A DNA stretch of 38,735 bases from the NCBI GenBank assembly GCA_043805995.1, contig JAZDHJ010000064.1:1-38735 (forward strand). The letters run 5' to 3'. This document shows positions 1 through 8,002 of the stretch, in pieces (the stretch's first letter is position 1; every line of letters begins with the position of its first letter). Both the position numbers and the translations under genes were made by a program. Below the pieces are notes generated by a model, which ran no database searches, was not told the origin of the DNA, and saw only the letters and a list, made by a program, of their open reading frames with translations. The stretch is from Candidatus Uhrbacteria bacterium (GTDB lineage Bacteria > Patescibacteriota > Patescibacteriia > UBA9934 > GWF2-40-263).

Positions 1-939
1 AATACCGGCTTGCAAGGTAATAGCTTGTACACTCGAACCGGTCATTAATATATTGCCAACCAAATTAACCCCAGCTGAATTATTAATTATTAAATTTTGT
101 CCATAAAAATACCCTGTTCCTGAGGTGGTGATTGTTTGCAAGGACGTGCCGTCAACATAAAGGTTAAAACTTGTACCATTACTTACTGAATATCCGTCGC
201 TGGTAAAAATGTCACCTTTTGCGTGAAAATGCCCGCCGCCGGAAACCGCGACATGGCCGTCAGTAAAATAAAAATTATGATTGGCGGTTAAAGAATCACC
301 GCTGGCAAGTACAAACCAAACTGCGGCGCATTCGGTACCAGATCCGCTACAATCAATCGTAAAATTATAAAAATCTTCATTAGTATTTACGTCGAAAGTT
401 TGAGTTCCTTGACCAGAGCCGTCATAGACAACCGAACCGTTATGATGAGCAAATGTACCGGCGGAATGCGTCCAACTGCCGGCAATAGTCAAAGTACCTG
501 ACGTAGAAGTAAAACTCGCAGCGGCATTATTAATAGTGAATGAGCTGTTGAAATCAAGGGCATCGGATCCACCACTAAAAGTTCCCGCCGATTGGACAAA
601 GGCTCCATTAATAACAAGACTTCTTGATTGAGTAATAATACCCGAGTAGCCGGCGTTAATTGAAAAAGCGGCTATTGTCCCACCAAACGAAGCGTCAATG
701 GTGGAGTTTTTGGTTGAAGTTCCGCTAAAAATAACACTGTCTCCGGCCACCGGACAGGTATCTGATGTGTCCCAGTTGGCACAAGTGCTCCAATTTTCGT
801 CGCCACCGCCACCATCCCAAGTGTGCGTATCGGCACTCGCCGCATGAGCGGAAAAAATAAAAAATGCGCCGACAAATAAAAAAGTCAGAAAAAAATTTCC
901 GAGCAGTTTCCACGGAGTTAATCTTGATAACAAGACCAT
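1..939 (-). CDS. Large secreted/surface beta-helix (autotransporter-passenger/adhesin-like) protein, N-terminal part; runs off the left edge
   Basis: Not in the ORF track because there is no stop in the window. Open frame from ATG 939 (in-frame alternative ATG 951) to base 1: MVLLSRLTPWKLLGNFFLTFLFVGAFFIFSAHAASA|DTHTWDGGGGDENWSTCANWDTSDTCPVAGDSVIF... Signal peptide with AxA site, a W-x-G..NWS..NW..P..GD.V.F motif typical of large beta-strand-repeat surface proteins, and G/S/T/N-rich composition. Confidence 0.8.
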   Translation of the reverse strand, partial: MVLLSRLTPWKLLGNFFLTFLFVGAFFIFSAHAASADTHTWDGGGGDENWSTCANWDTSDTCPVAGDSVIFSGTSTKNSTIDASFGGTIAAFSINAGYSGIITQSRSLVINGAFVQSAGTFSGGSDALDFNSSFTINNAAASFTSTSGTLTIAGSWTHSAGTFAHHNGSVVYDGSGQGTQTFDVNTNEDFYNFTIDCSGSGTECAAVWFVLASGDSLTANHNFYFTDGHVAVSGGGHFHAKGDIFTSDGYSVSNGTSFNLYVDGTSLQTITTSGTGYFYGQNLIINNSAGVNLVGNILMTGSSVQAITLQAGI

Positions 940-1199
940 AAAGAATGCCATTATTTTACAGGAAAAAACCGATTATTTAAAGGATTGACTTATCCACATT
1001 TAATCTGTCTTAATTTTCTACTTAACGAAATTTTTTATTTTTTTCAAAAAACTATTAATGACTTAAAACTAAGGCAAAAACTCAAAATTTTTAAATTTGA
1101 ACACTAAAATTATCAAGATCTTCAAAAACAAAAAATTATCTTCAACTGTTAAAGATAAAATTTGATTTTCTTAGTTTTATATGATAAATTTTATTTAAT

Positions 1200-1550
1200 A
1201 TGAAACCACAATACTTATCTGAAAGTTTTTCCCACGAAGTCGGTAGCTCCTCCCCTGAAACAATCTGGGGTGACACAATAAGAATCCTTAGTGATCTTGA
1301 AGTAGGTATCCCTGGAAATTTTACTTTGTCTCAAGGAATAATTAAAAAACTACTAAAAATTAATAACGCATTTTTAAACAATCCTCATCGTAATTCTGAC
1401 GATATCAAAAAATGGAACCATCTTTTGAATTTTCTGCAAAGGACAAATCAAGACCTTGATACGCTTATTAAAACAAGAAATGATTTTCAGTTTTGGTCAT
1501 ACCTTTGTCAAAGTTGCCCAGTTAAATTTTCTGATTTCGAAACAGAGTAG
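1200..1550 (+). CDS. Hypothetical protein (116 aa)
   Basis: ATG-started ORF in AT-rich DNA followed by a terminator hairpin; no recognisable motif. Confidence 0.55.
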   Translation: MKPQYLSESFSHEVGSSSPETIWGDTIRILSDLEVGIPGNFTLSQGIIKKLLKINNAFLNNPHRNSDDIKKWNHLLNFLQRTNQDLDTLIKTRNDFQFWSYLCQSCPVKFSDFETE

Positions 1551-1740
1551 GGTAAAAATTGTAAGAGGTAAAAACGTAAAGGTGTAAAAGTGTAAAACCT
1601 GATTGGGTCGGAACCCAAAAAAAGGTCATCGATTTAAAACCGATGACCTTTTACTTTTTACAATTTTTACCTATTTACGTTTTTACCACACACAAAAAAA
1701 CCTATAAATAACTTCCTTAATTCAATAATTCAATAATTTC
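1551..1740. repeat. 8-bp tandem repeats (GTAAAANN) in inverted arrays around a terminator, plus AATTCAAT repeats
   Basis: ggtaaaaattgtaa 1551-1564 is complementary to ttacaatttttacc 1658-1671; ggtaaaaacgtaaa 1567-1580 to tttacgtttttacc 1674-1687; aattcaat repeats at about 1719-1738. Confidence 0.7.
1617..1652. terminator. Bidirectional intrinsic terminator between convergent genes
   Basis: aaaaggtcatcg-atttaaaac-cgatgacctttt perfect stem with A and T tails. Confidence 0.8.
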
Positions 1741-1746
1741 ACCCTA

Positions 1747-2997
1747 CTACTCCACCACCTGCACCGTCACCTGATCCAACATACTCGGCACCTTACTATT
1801 CCACGGCGGAAAAATAATGACCGAAACATCCTTAGCTAAACCTGCTTTAACCAAATAATCTTTTACCTCGGCCGAAGTTTTTCCAACCAAAACTTCCGGT
1901 TGTAAAAAAACATTGGTGTTGGAAACAATGGAATCTTTTTTTAGTGTCACCCGAAGTTCGGCTGTGCCCCTAGCCGCGTTAGCTTGGGTTATTTCTACAT
2001 CGGCCACACAACTGTCTGGCGCTTTCTGATAATCAACATTATCATTAGCAAAAATAAAACCATCTTCTAAACTCTCATATAATTTGGCAAAAACTAAATC
2101 ATTCAAAACTCCGCAGCCATAGAAAACACCGGTAACTTTTATTTTTAGAGAAATAGTTACTGAATCTTTTTCTTCGCCAGACTTAGTATCGCTATTTTCT
2201 AAAAGAATTTCAGAAGAAAAAACCTGACCGCCAAAACCTGTTCCAAACTGGGTCTGCAATTGTTCTTGAGCAAAAGCTGTCACTTCATCAGTCAATTTTA
2301 CAACATCGCCATCAATTTCTTCCTGAGAAACGACGGAAACCATTCGTCGACCACCAGCCATGGCCGTCGAACTTTCGCCATAAATTGAAGATTGCAGTGA
2401 GGTAGAAAGACCGGGAATGGTAAATTTATCCGGTTCTATATCACCGATCGGGCCATCTTGATCGGCATGAACGGCCGCATCAACGCTGCCGCCGGCCGGA
2501 ACAGTCACACCTTTATCAAGCCGAAACAACACACCACTCGAACTCAATAAACGTGTTGTGGCTACCAAAGGCTGAGTTTTTGATGAATTATTAATGATTT
2601 TAATTGTGCCACCTGATTTAGCTAAAACTTCTTTTTGTTCGACTCCAATGACCGGAAAAGTTTTGCTTTGTTCAAAAGTTTGTTCAACCGCGGTGCCTAA
2701 AATTTTTCCCTCCGCAGTTCCCTCTTTAATAACATCAACCAAAAACGAAGCTTCAACAGTTCGTGGTTGAGGTGTAACACGAATAATAGCTTTAGTAGTT
2801 GAAAGCAAAACGACAGTGGCCAATAGAATTACCACTACAGCAATAAAACTACCGGCAATTCGACGATAAAGCCGAAGTGATGGATTGGGTGGGCAAACCG
2901 GTTTACTTGGTTTGACTTCGATTGATTTAACCGCACGTGGCGAAAATTTTCGAGCCACTGGCGTAGTTATTTTTTTCTTTTTGGCAATTGGTGACAT
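1747..2997 (-). CDS. Membrane-anchored baseplate J/gp47-like domain protein (CPR-type)
   Basis: 416 aa; basic N-terminus, one TM helix, then ..G.I.I.N....QPLVATTRL.S..G..FRL...VTVP.G....V.ADQ.G..G.I.P..FTIPGL...IY......M.GG pattern of baseplate-J-like domains; AAGGAGG RBS just upstream. Confidence 0.7.
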   Translation of the reverse strand: MSPIAKKKKITTPVARKFSPRAVKSIEVKPSKPVCPPNPSLRLYRRIAGSFIAVVVILLATVVLLSTTKAIIRVTPQPRTVEASFLVDVIKEGTAEGKILGTAVEQTFEQSKTFPVIGVEQKEVLAKSGGTIKIINNSSKTQPLVATTRLLSSSGVLFRLDKGVTVPAGGSVDAAVHADQDGPIGDIEPDKFTIPGLSTSLQSSIYGESSTAMAGGRRMVSVVSQEEIDGDVVKLTDEVTAFAQEQLQTQFGTGFGGQVFSSEILLENSDTKSGEEKDSVTISLKIKVTGVFYGCGVLNDLVFAKLYESLEDGFIFANDNVDYQKAPDSCVADVEITQANAARGTAELRVTLKKDSIVSNTNVFLQPEVLVGKTSAEVKDYLVKAGLAKDVSVIIFPPWNSKVPSMLDQVTVQVVE

Positions 2998-3021
2998 ACT
3001 CCTCCTTGGTTAATTGATTTT

Positions 3022-3030
3022 ATTATAGCA
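3022..3030 (-). promoter_or_regulatory. Extended -10 promoter (TGCTATAAT) for the baseplate-J-like gene
   Basis: Reverse complement of attatagca is TGnTATAAT, about 25 nt above the ATG at 2997. Confidence 0.6.
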
Positions 3031-3035
3031 CAAAC

Positions 3036-3179
3036 GGGATCGAAGGGGCATAAGGGGCGGAAGGGGTTGAAGGGAGTGGAACTGTTCAACTTGTTCAAGT
3101 GTTCATTTTGGATCGGGATATTACCACACCAAAAGCGAACACTTTGAACAACTTGAACATATGAACATTTTGAACAACC
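3036..3179. repeat. Short tandem repeats: 9-bp GGGNNGAAG array and inverted TGTTCA/TGAACA arrays
   Basis: gggatcgaag gggcataag gggcggaag gggttgaag 3036-3072; tgttca x3 at 3083-3105 versus (t)gaaca x5 at 3135-3179. Confidence 0.7.
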
Positions 3180-3184
3180 AAAAT

Positions 3185-6100
3185 TTAAACCTTCACATTC
3201 TGCCCACCAACCAAACCTCTGACCTCGGACAAAAATTCCTGGGTTGGATTGACTGCATAATCGGTTTCAATAATTCGTTTGGCACCACCGGAATCGATGA
3301 TGAAACGGACTTTTTTTTGACCGGGTGATGAGGTAAATAATTCACGCAGTTGGCTGATGAGGTCTGATGAGGGTTTGCCGACCAAGGTGACTTCCAAGGC
3401 CTGGGTTGAAGGGGCGGAAGGGGACGAAGGGGTTGAAGGGGATTGGATTGGTTGGGTTGGTTGGATTAGTTGGCCGAATTGCATACCTGGACGGGTTGTG
3501 ACTTGTTTGGCTTGGACCGCCGCTTGTTGAGAATAATTTTCAGTGTCTGGTACCCACAAATTATCTTTTAACATGGCCGCGATGTCTGGGGCTCGTTTAA
3601 GATCGGCAATAATAAAACTGTTGGCTAGTAGCTTGGCTTCTTCGCCTTCACGTCGAGAGACTTTGCCCGAGACGAGAACTATTTTGTCTTCGGCTAAAAA
3701 TTTTCCGAATTGGGTGTAGACGGTTGGAAAAACAATCACCTCGGCCTTACCATTTTTATCATCAAGACCGACAAAGGCCATGTTGTCGCCTTTTTTTGTC
3801 ACGATGGTTTTTAAAGAAGTAATCAAGCCACCGCATTTGATAAAAGAATTCTCGGCCTGACCCTGTAATTGATTCAAAGGTACCAAATACTGACCAACAA
3901 ATGAGCAGATATCATCATAAGGATGGGCGCTAATGTACAAACCAAGCAATTCTTTTTCCCAAGCCAAGAGTTCAATTTTCTCGGCCGGCGACGTTGGTCT
4001 GAGTTTTAGTTTTTCTGTGGCTAAAGCCGGTGACAAATCAAATAACGAACTTTGGTTTTGGGCCTGCTTTTCTTTTGACTCTTTGTTAAAATGCAAAATC
4101 TGCTCCATGTTTTCGAGCAAACTTTTGCGCTCACCGAAACAATCAAGCGCACCAACCTTAGTCAAAGCCTCAATAGCTTTTTTATTAAAAGCTCGATGAT
4201 GAACTCGCGAGGCAAAATCCGCCAGGTCTTTAAATAAACCATTGGCTTCACGCTCGGCCACAATCGCATCAACCGCTTCTTGGCCGAGATTTTTAATAAC
4301 CACCAAACCGAAACGAATGGTGTTGTCGTTAATATAAGTAAATGTAGAAAGTGACTCGTTGATATCTGGCGGCAAAACCGCAATGCCCATGCGTTGACAT
4401 TCTTTAACCGCATCAGAAATTGTCTCCAAGTCGGCCGATTCAGCGGTCATGAGCGCCGACATGTACTCGGCTGGATAGTTGGCTTTTAGATAAGCGGTTT
4501 GATAAGCGACCATGCCATAACTCGAAGCATGGGCCTTGTTAAAACCATAAGCCGCAAAAGGTTCAATGAGTTTCCAAAGTTCGTCAGAATTTCTTTTACT
4601 CAAACCGTGTTTTACAAAACCCTCAAGCAACTTTTCTTTTTGCTTGGCCATCTCTTCAGGAATTTTCTTACCCATGGCTTTTCGCAGTTTGTCAGCTTCG
4701 AGCCAAGTGTAACCGGCGAGTTTGATGGAAATAAGCATGACATCGTCTTGATAAACGATGACGCCGTAAGACTGATCCAGAATTTCTTCCAGACGCGGAT
4801 CCATGTATTTGATGAGTGAACTATCGTATTTTCGAGCGATGTATTCGGGAATGGATTCAATTGGACCTGGACGATAAAGCGCCACCATAACCATGATATC
4901 TTGGATACGTGATGGTTTCAGTTCCATTAAATACTTGGTCATGCCGTCACCATTCAACTGAAAAGTTCCCATGGTAAAACCTCTAGCCAAAAGGTCGAAA
5001 GTTTTTGCGTCATCAACTGGGATTTTGTCGGTTTTAATATCGACACCTTTAGTTTTGCGAATAATCCGCACCGCATCACCAAGAATCGATAAGTTGCGAA
5101 TACCAAGAAAGTCCATTTTCAAAAGACCGGCCGCTTCCACGGCGTGCATTTCATATTGCGTGATGATCTTCCCTTCCTTGGTTTCAATTTGCAGTGGAGT
5201 GAAATCGGTGAGTGGGGTCGGCGAAAAAACTACTCCAGCGGCGTGAACAGAAACGTGGCGAGCGCAACCCTCAATTTGCTGAGCCAGGTTTATGAGGCGA
5301 CGAACATTAGGTTCAGTGTCATATCTCTTTTTCAAATCCGCATCCTCCTCGAGCGCCCGTTTTAAAGTCATGGGAAAACCCTGGCTGCCCATGGGTACCA
5401 TTTTGGAAATTCCATCAACAAAAGAATATTCGTGACCAAGAGCTCGACCAACATCGCGAATGCTGCCGCGAGCCAGCATGGTGCCGAAAGTACAAATCTG
5501 GGCAACCTTGTCCTTACCGTATTTTTCCGTAACATACGCCAACATCTCGTCACGACGGTTATCCGCAAAGTCACCGTCCACATCAGGTGCCGATGGACGT
5601 TCTGGATTTAAAAAACGTTCGAAAGGTAATTTGTATTTAATTGGATCGACGGTGGAAATACCAATCGAAAAACTGACGAGCGAACCAGCCGCCGAGCCAC
5701 GAGTCGTGGTCATAATACCGTGAGCTCGCGCCCATTCGATATAGTCGGAAACGATTAAAAAGTAAGGCGCAAAACCTTTCATTTCAATAACCGAAAGTTC
5801 ATAATCGATGCGCTTAACCATTTCTTCAGTTACCGCCTCAACCTTATTTGGCAACTCGGCAAAGGCACGCTTTCGTAAATACTCCAAGTGAGTCAAACCG
5901 TCCGGCACCTCGAAATGCGGAAAATTCCATTTACCCAAATCAAAATGCACGTCGCAACGATCAGCAATCTTTCGCGTGTTCTCAATCGCCTCAGGTAAAT
6001 CCTTAAAGCGATTTATCATGTACTCAGCATCGACCAGCGAAGCATCGTAATCGTAAGTTTGCACCCGATCGAATTCTTCAAGAGTTCGACCGTCCTTAAC

Positions 6101-6790
6101 ACACTGCAAAATTTTCCAAGCCTCAGTATCCTGCGGTTTCAAATAAAAAACATTTTTGGTGGCCACGATTGGCACTCCCATTTCTTTGCCAAGTTCGGCC
6201 AACTTGGCATTATTAGCTTCCTGCTCGGGAATTTCTGGACGGTCAACAAGTTCCAAGAAAAAATTATTCTGACCAAAAATCTCGACGTACTCAACAATCA
6301 ATCTCTTGGCCTCGTCAATATTGTCATTAGTTAAAGCTTGATCAATATCACCGAAGCGTCCACCAGAAAGGGCGATCAAACCGTGTTCTTTGCCCAAACA
6401 AAATTCTTTCAAAAGTTCCTTATCCAGGCGCGGCTTATAATAAAAACCTTCGATAAAACTTTGCGAAGAAAGTCGAACCAAACTGTTGTAACCAACCATA
6501 TTCTCGGCCAGCAAAACCAAACGACTCGGCTTAGCATCCATTTTGCCGCGTTTTTGAAAACGACCGTTAACCGCCAAATAAACATCCGAACCAACAATCA
6601 ATTTCATCTCTTCGTCCTTCATTTTCTGATAAAAATCGATGACACCATACATGACCCCGTTGTCAGTTAAAGCAAAAGTGTCCATATTCCGCTCTTTCAT
6701 AGCCTTAATGAGCGCCTTGGTTTTAGGCAAGGCTTCGAGGAGCGAATAGTGGCTGTGGACGTGCAAGTGAACGAAGGGTGATTTTTCCAT
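3185..6790 (-). CDS. dnaE: DNA polymerase III alpha subunit
   Basis: 1201 aa; HLHVHSHYSLL PHP start, RGSAAGSLV, FERFLNPER..PDVD.D, GLLKMDFLG, FAAYGFNKAH, C-terminal OB fold. Confidence 0.98.
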   Translation of the reverse strand: MEKSPFVHLHVHSHYSLLEALPKTKALIKAMKERNMDTFALTDNGVMYGVIDFYQKMKDEEMKLIVGSDVYLAVNGRFQKRGKMDAKPSRLVLLAENMVGYNSLVRLSSQSFIEGFYYKPRLDKELLKEFCLGKEHGLIALSGGRFGDIDQALTNDNIDEAKRLIVEYVEIFGQNNFFLELVDRPEIPEQEANNAKLAELGKEMGVPIVATKNVFYLKPQDTEAWKILQCVKDGRTLEEFDRVQTYDYDASLVDAEYMINRFKDLPEAIENTRKIADRCDVHFDLGKWNFPHFEVPDGLTHLEYLRKRAFAELPNKVEAVTEEMVKRIDYELSVIEMKGFAPYFLIVSDYIEWARAHGIMTTTRGSAAGSLVSFSIGISTVDPIKYKLPFERFLNPERPSAPDVDGDFADNRRDEMLAYVTEKYGKDKVAQICTFGTMLARGSIRDVGRALGHEYSFVDGISKMVPMGSQGFPMTLKRALEEDADLKKRYDTEPNVRRLINLAQQIEGCARHVSVHAAGVVFSPTPLTDFTPLQIETKEGKIITQYEMHAVEAAGLLKMDFLGIRNLSILGDAVRIIRKTKGVDIKTDKIPVDDAKTFDLLARGFTMGTFQLNGDGMTKYLMELKPSRIQDIMVMVALYRPGPIESIPEYIARKYDSSLIKYMDPRLEEILDQSYGVIVYQDDVMLISIKLAGYTWLEADKLRKAMGKKIPEEMAKQKEKLLEGFVKHGLSKRNSDELWKLIEPFAAYGFNKAHASSYGMVAYQTAYLKANYPAEYMSALMTAESADLETISDAVKECQRMGIAVLPPDINESLSTFTYINDNTIRFGLVVIKNLGQEAVDAIVAEREANGLFKDLADFASRVHHRAFNKKAIEALTKVGALDCFGERKSLLENMEQILHFNKESKEKQAQNQSSLFDLSPALATEKLKLRPTSPAEKIELLAWEKELLGLYISAHPYDDICSFVGQYLVPLNQLQGQAENSFIKCGGLITSLKTIVTKKGDNMAFVGLDDKNGKAEVIVFPTVYTQFGKFLAEDKIVLVSGKVSRREGEEAKLLANSFIIADLKRAPDIAAMLKDNLWVPDTENYSQQAAVQAKQVTTRPGMQFGQLIQPTQPIQSPSTPSSPSAPSTQALEVTLVGKPSSDLISQLRELFTSSPGQKKVRFIIDSGGAKRIIETDYAVNPTQEFLSEVRGLVGGQNVKV

Positions 6791-6806
6791 AACTTACGAC
6801 CAGCTT

Positions 6807-6835
6807 AACAAAAAGCCCCCGCCAACGGAAGGGGC
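6807..6835 (-). terminator. Terminator-like hairpin, near-identical copy of 7613-7642
   Basis: Minus strand gccccttccgttggcgggggc followed by tttttgtt; ends about 16 nt above the dnaE start. Confidence 0.6.
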
Positions 6836-6894
6836 CTTGACTTTTTGAAATACCTATGATAACTAAACCTTAGTTTGAATCCATAAACCAGCAA

Positions 6895-7506
6895 GTGACA
6901 GGAGAAGTCGTGAAAGGAACTAAACCAAATCCATATAAAATCCTCGTGCTCTCTGACACAGACTTCGACAAAAGTCTTACCTTTCACTTTCGGACAGAGC
7001 AGGATGCGAGGAATGCAAAAAATCCGAAACGTGTCATGTTCGAACCCATATTCGTCAGGAACCTTACGGAGGCAATTGAAATTATAAGGACCTGCTCCCC
7101 AATAGCCCTTCTGGCTCTTGAGGTTGACCAGAAGCTACTGCAAATTCTGGATCACTTATACAAAGGCACCATTATCATCTGCGCCGATACGACGACGCTC
7201 GTAGAAGTCCCTCGTGCCCTTTTAATAAACGCACAGTGCGTAGATTTTACACGACTGGTGCAACGGGTAATAAGCCACTGTCTTCTGAATCTAGCCAGAA
7301 CAGAAAATTCTGAAGCTTTGGAAACCCACGCAAGAACGACCTCGATGGCTCCGACTAATTTTGATAAATGGATAGCTTTCGACAACGGTCGAATCACCTA
7401 CTCGGATCCAAGTCTCGAAGCGCTTATAGCACGAGTCGGAGAAGAAGCAGCGATCGGTTTCTGCGACACAAACGGCCGGGTATATTTAACACCACCGACC
7501 GACTAG
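6895..7506 (+). CDS. Hypothetical protein: degenerate receiver-like N-domain plus DUF5678-like C-domain
   Basis: 203 aa, GTG start; KILVLSD and NLTEAIEIIRTCSPIALLAL resemble REC strands/helices without the phospho-Asp; FDKWIAFDNGRITYSDPSLEAL resembles the GKWVA..G.V.AS..L.E pattern of DUF5678. Domain calls by eye. Confidence 0.55.
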   Translation: MTGEVVKGTKPNPYKILVLSDTDFDKSLTFHFRTEQDARNAKNPKRVMFEPIFVRNLTEAIEIIRTCSPIALLALEVDQKLLQILDHLYKGTIIICADTTTLVEVPRALLINAQCVDFTRLVQRVISHCLLNLARTENSEALETHARTTSMAPTNFDKWIAFDNGRITYSDPSLEALIARVGEEAAIGFCDTNGRVYLTPPTD

Positions 7507-7544
7507 ATTTTCAACCGCCACCATCGAATCCTCCTTGTCCCACC

Positions 7545-7571
7545 AACTCTCTCGGGATCCGGAGGTTTTTT
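7545..7571 (+). terminator. Intrinsic terminator of the 203-aa gene
   Basis: ctc(t)cgg-gat-ccggag hairpin followed by a T run. Confidence 0.5.
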
Positions 7572-7612
7572 ATTTTTTTATTTTAAAAATATAGATCTTA
7601 AGTTGTAAGTTA

Positions 7613-7645
7613 AACAAAAAAGCCCCCACCAACGGAAGGGGCTTT
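7613..7645 (-). terminator. Intrinsic terminator of the xAPGY-repeat gene
   Basis: Minus strand aaagccccttccgttggtgggggctttttt, just after the stop at 7668. Confidence 0.75.
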
Positions 7646-7667
7646 ATTTTTATTTTTTCTTACCAAT

Positions 7668-8000
7668 CTATGGCTGATAACCAGGCGCGACATAACCCGG
7701 AGCAACATAACCAGGCGCCACGTAACCTGGAGCGACGTAGCCAGGCGCGACATAACCAGGGGCTTGGTAACCCGGAGCGACATAACCCGGAGCTTGATAG
7801 CCAGGTGCGGAATAACCTTGAGTGGAATAACCGGCGGCATTATAACCAGGTTGGATCATTTTACCTTTTTTGTAAAACGAATCGGTTGGAATGGTGGCCA
7901 TGGCAAAAGCCGCGGCCACGGTTAAAACTCCGGCTACAACGAGCAGGGCGACAAAAGTTTTGGTTGAAGTTTTTGTCTTAACTTGCATTTCATTTGACAT
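7668..8000 (-). CDS. Small exported/membrane-anchored protein with 12 xxxGY pentapeptide repeats (9 xAPGY)
   Basis: 110 aa; Lys/Thr-rich leader plus hydrophobic helix, then (V/Q/S)APGY repeats encoded with varied synonymous codons; starts 2 nt after the upstream stop. Confidence 0.8.
   Translation of the reverse strand: MSNEMQVKTKTSTKTFVALLVVAGVLTVAAAFAMATIPTDSFYKKGKMIQPGYNAAGYSTQGYSAPGYQAPGYVAPGYQAPGYVAPGYVAPGYVAPGYVAPGYVAPGYQP
7677..7856 (-). repeat. 15-bp degenerate tandem repeat, 12 units, coding
   Basis: Period-15 units such as ataaccaggcgcgac / ataacccggagcaac / gtaacctggagcgac on the plus strand; variation mostly at third codon positions. Confidence 0.9.
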
Positions 8001-8002
8001 AA

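Noticed and set aside
672-913. ORFs 672-875 and 725-913
   Set aside because: Out-of-frame shadows of the surface-protein gene in the third minus frame.
960-1199. Replication origin (perfect DnaA box TTATCCACA at 990-998 in AT-rich DNA)
   Set aside because: Only one box seen, no dnaA/dnaN nearby, and the same 9-mer also occurs inside a CDS near 9139.
1747-2997. Prophage or contractile injection system
   Set aside because: A lone baseplate-J-like domain with a TM anchor among housekeeping genes; no other phage structural genes.
3185-6790. Intein or intron in dnaE
   Set aside because: Length is normal, motifs are contiguous and I see no intein splice-junction signature; the only insertion is the short repeat-derived linker.
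7677-7856. CRISPR array
   Set aside because: Contiguous 15-bp units with no spacers and third-position variation, so a coding repeat; no cas genes in the window.
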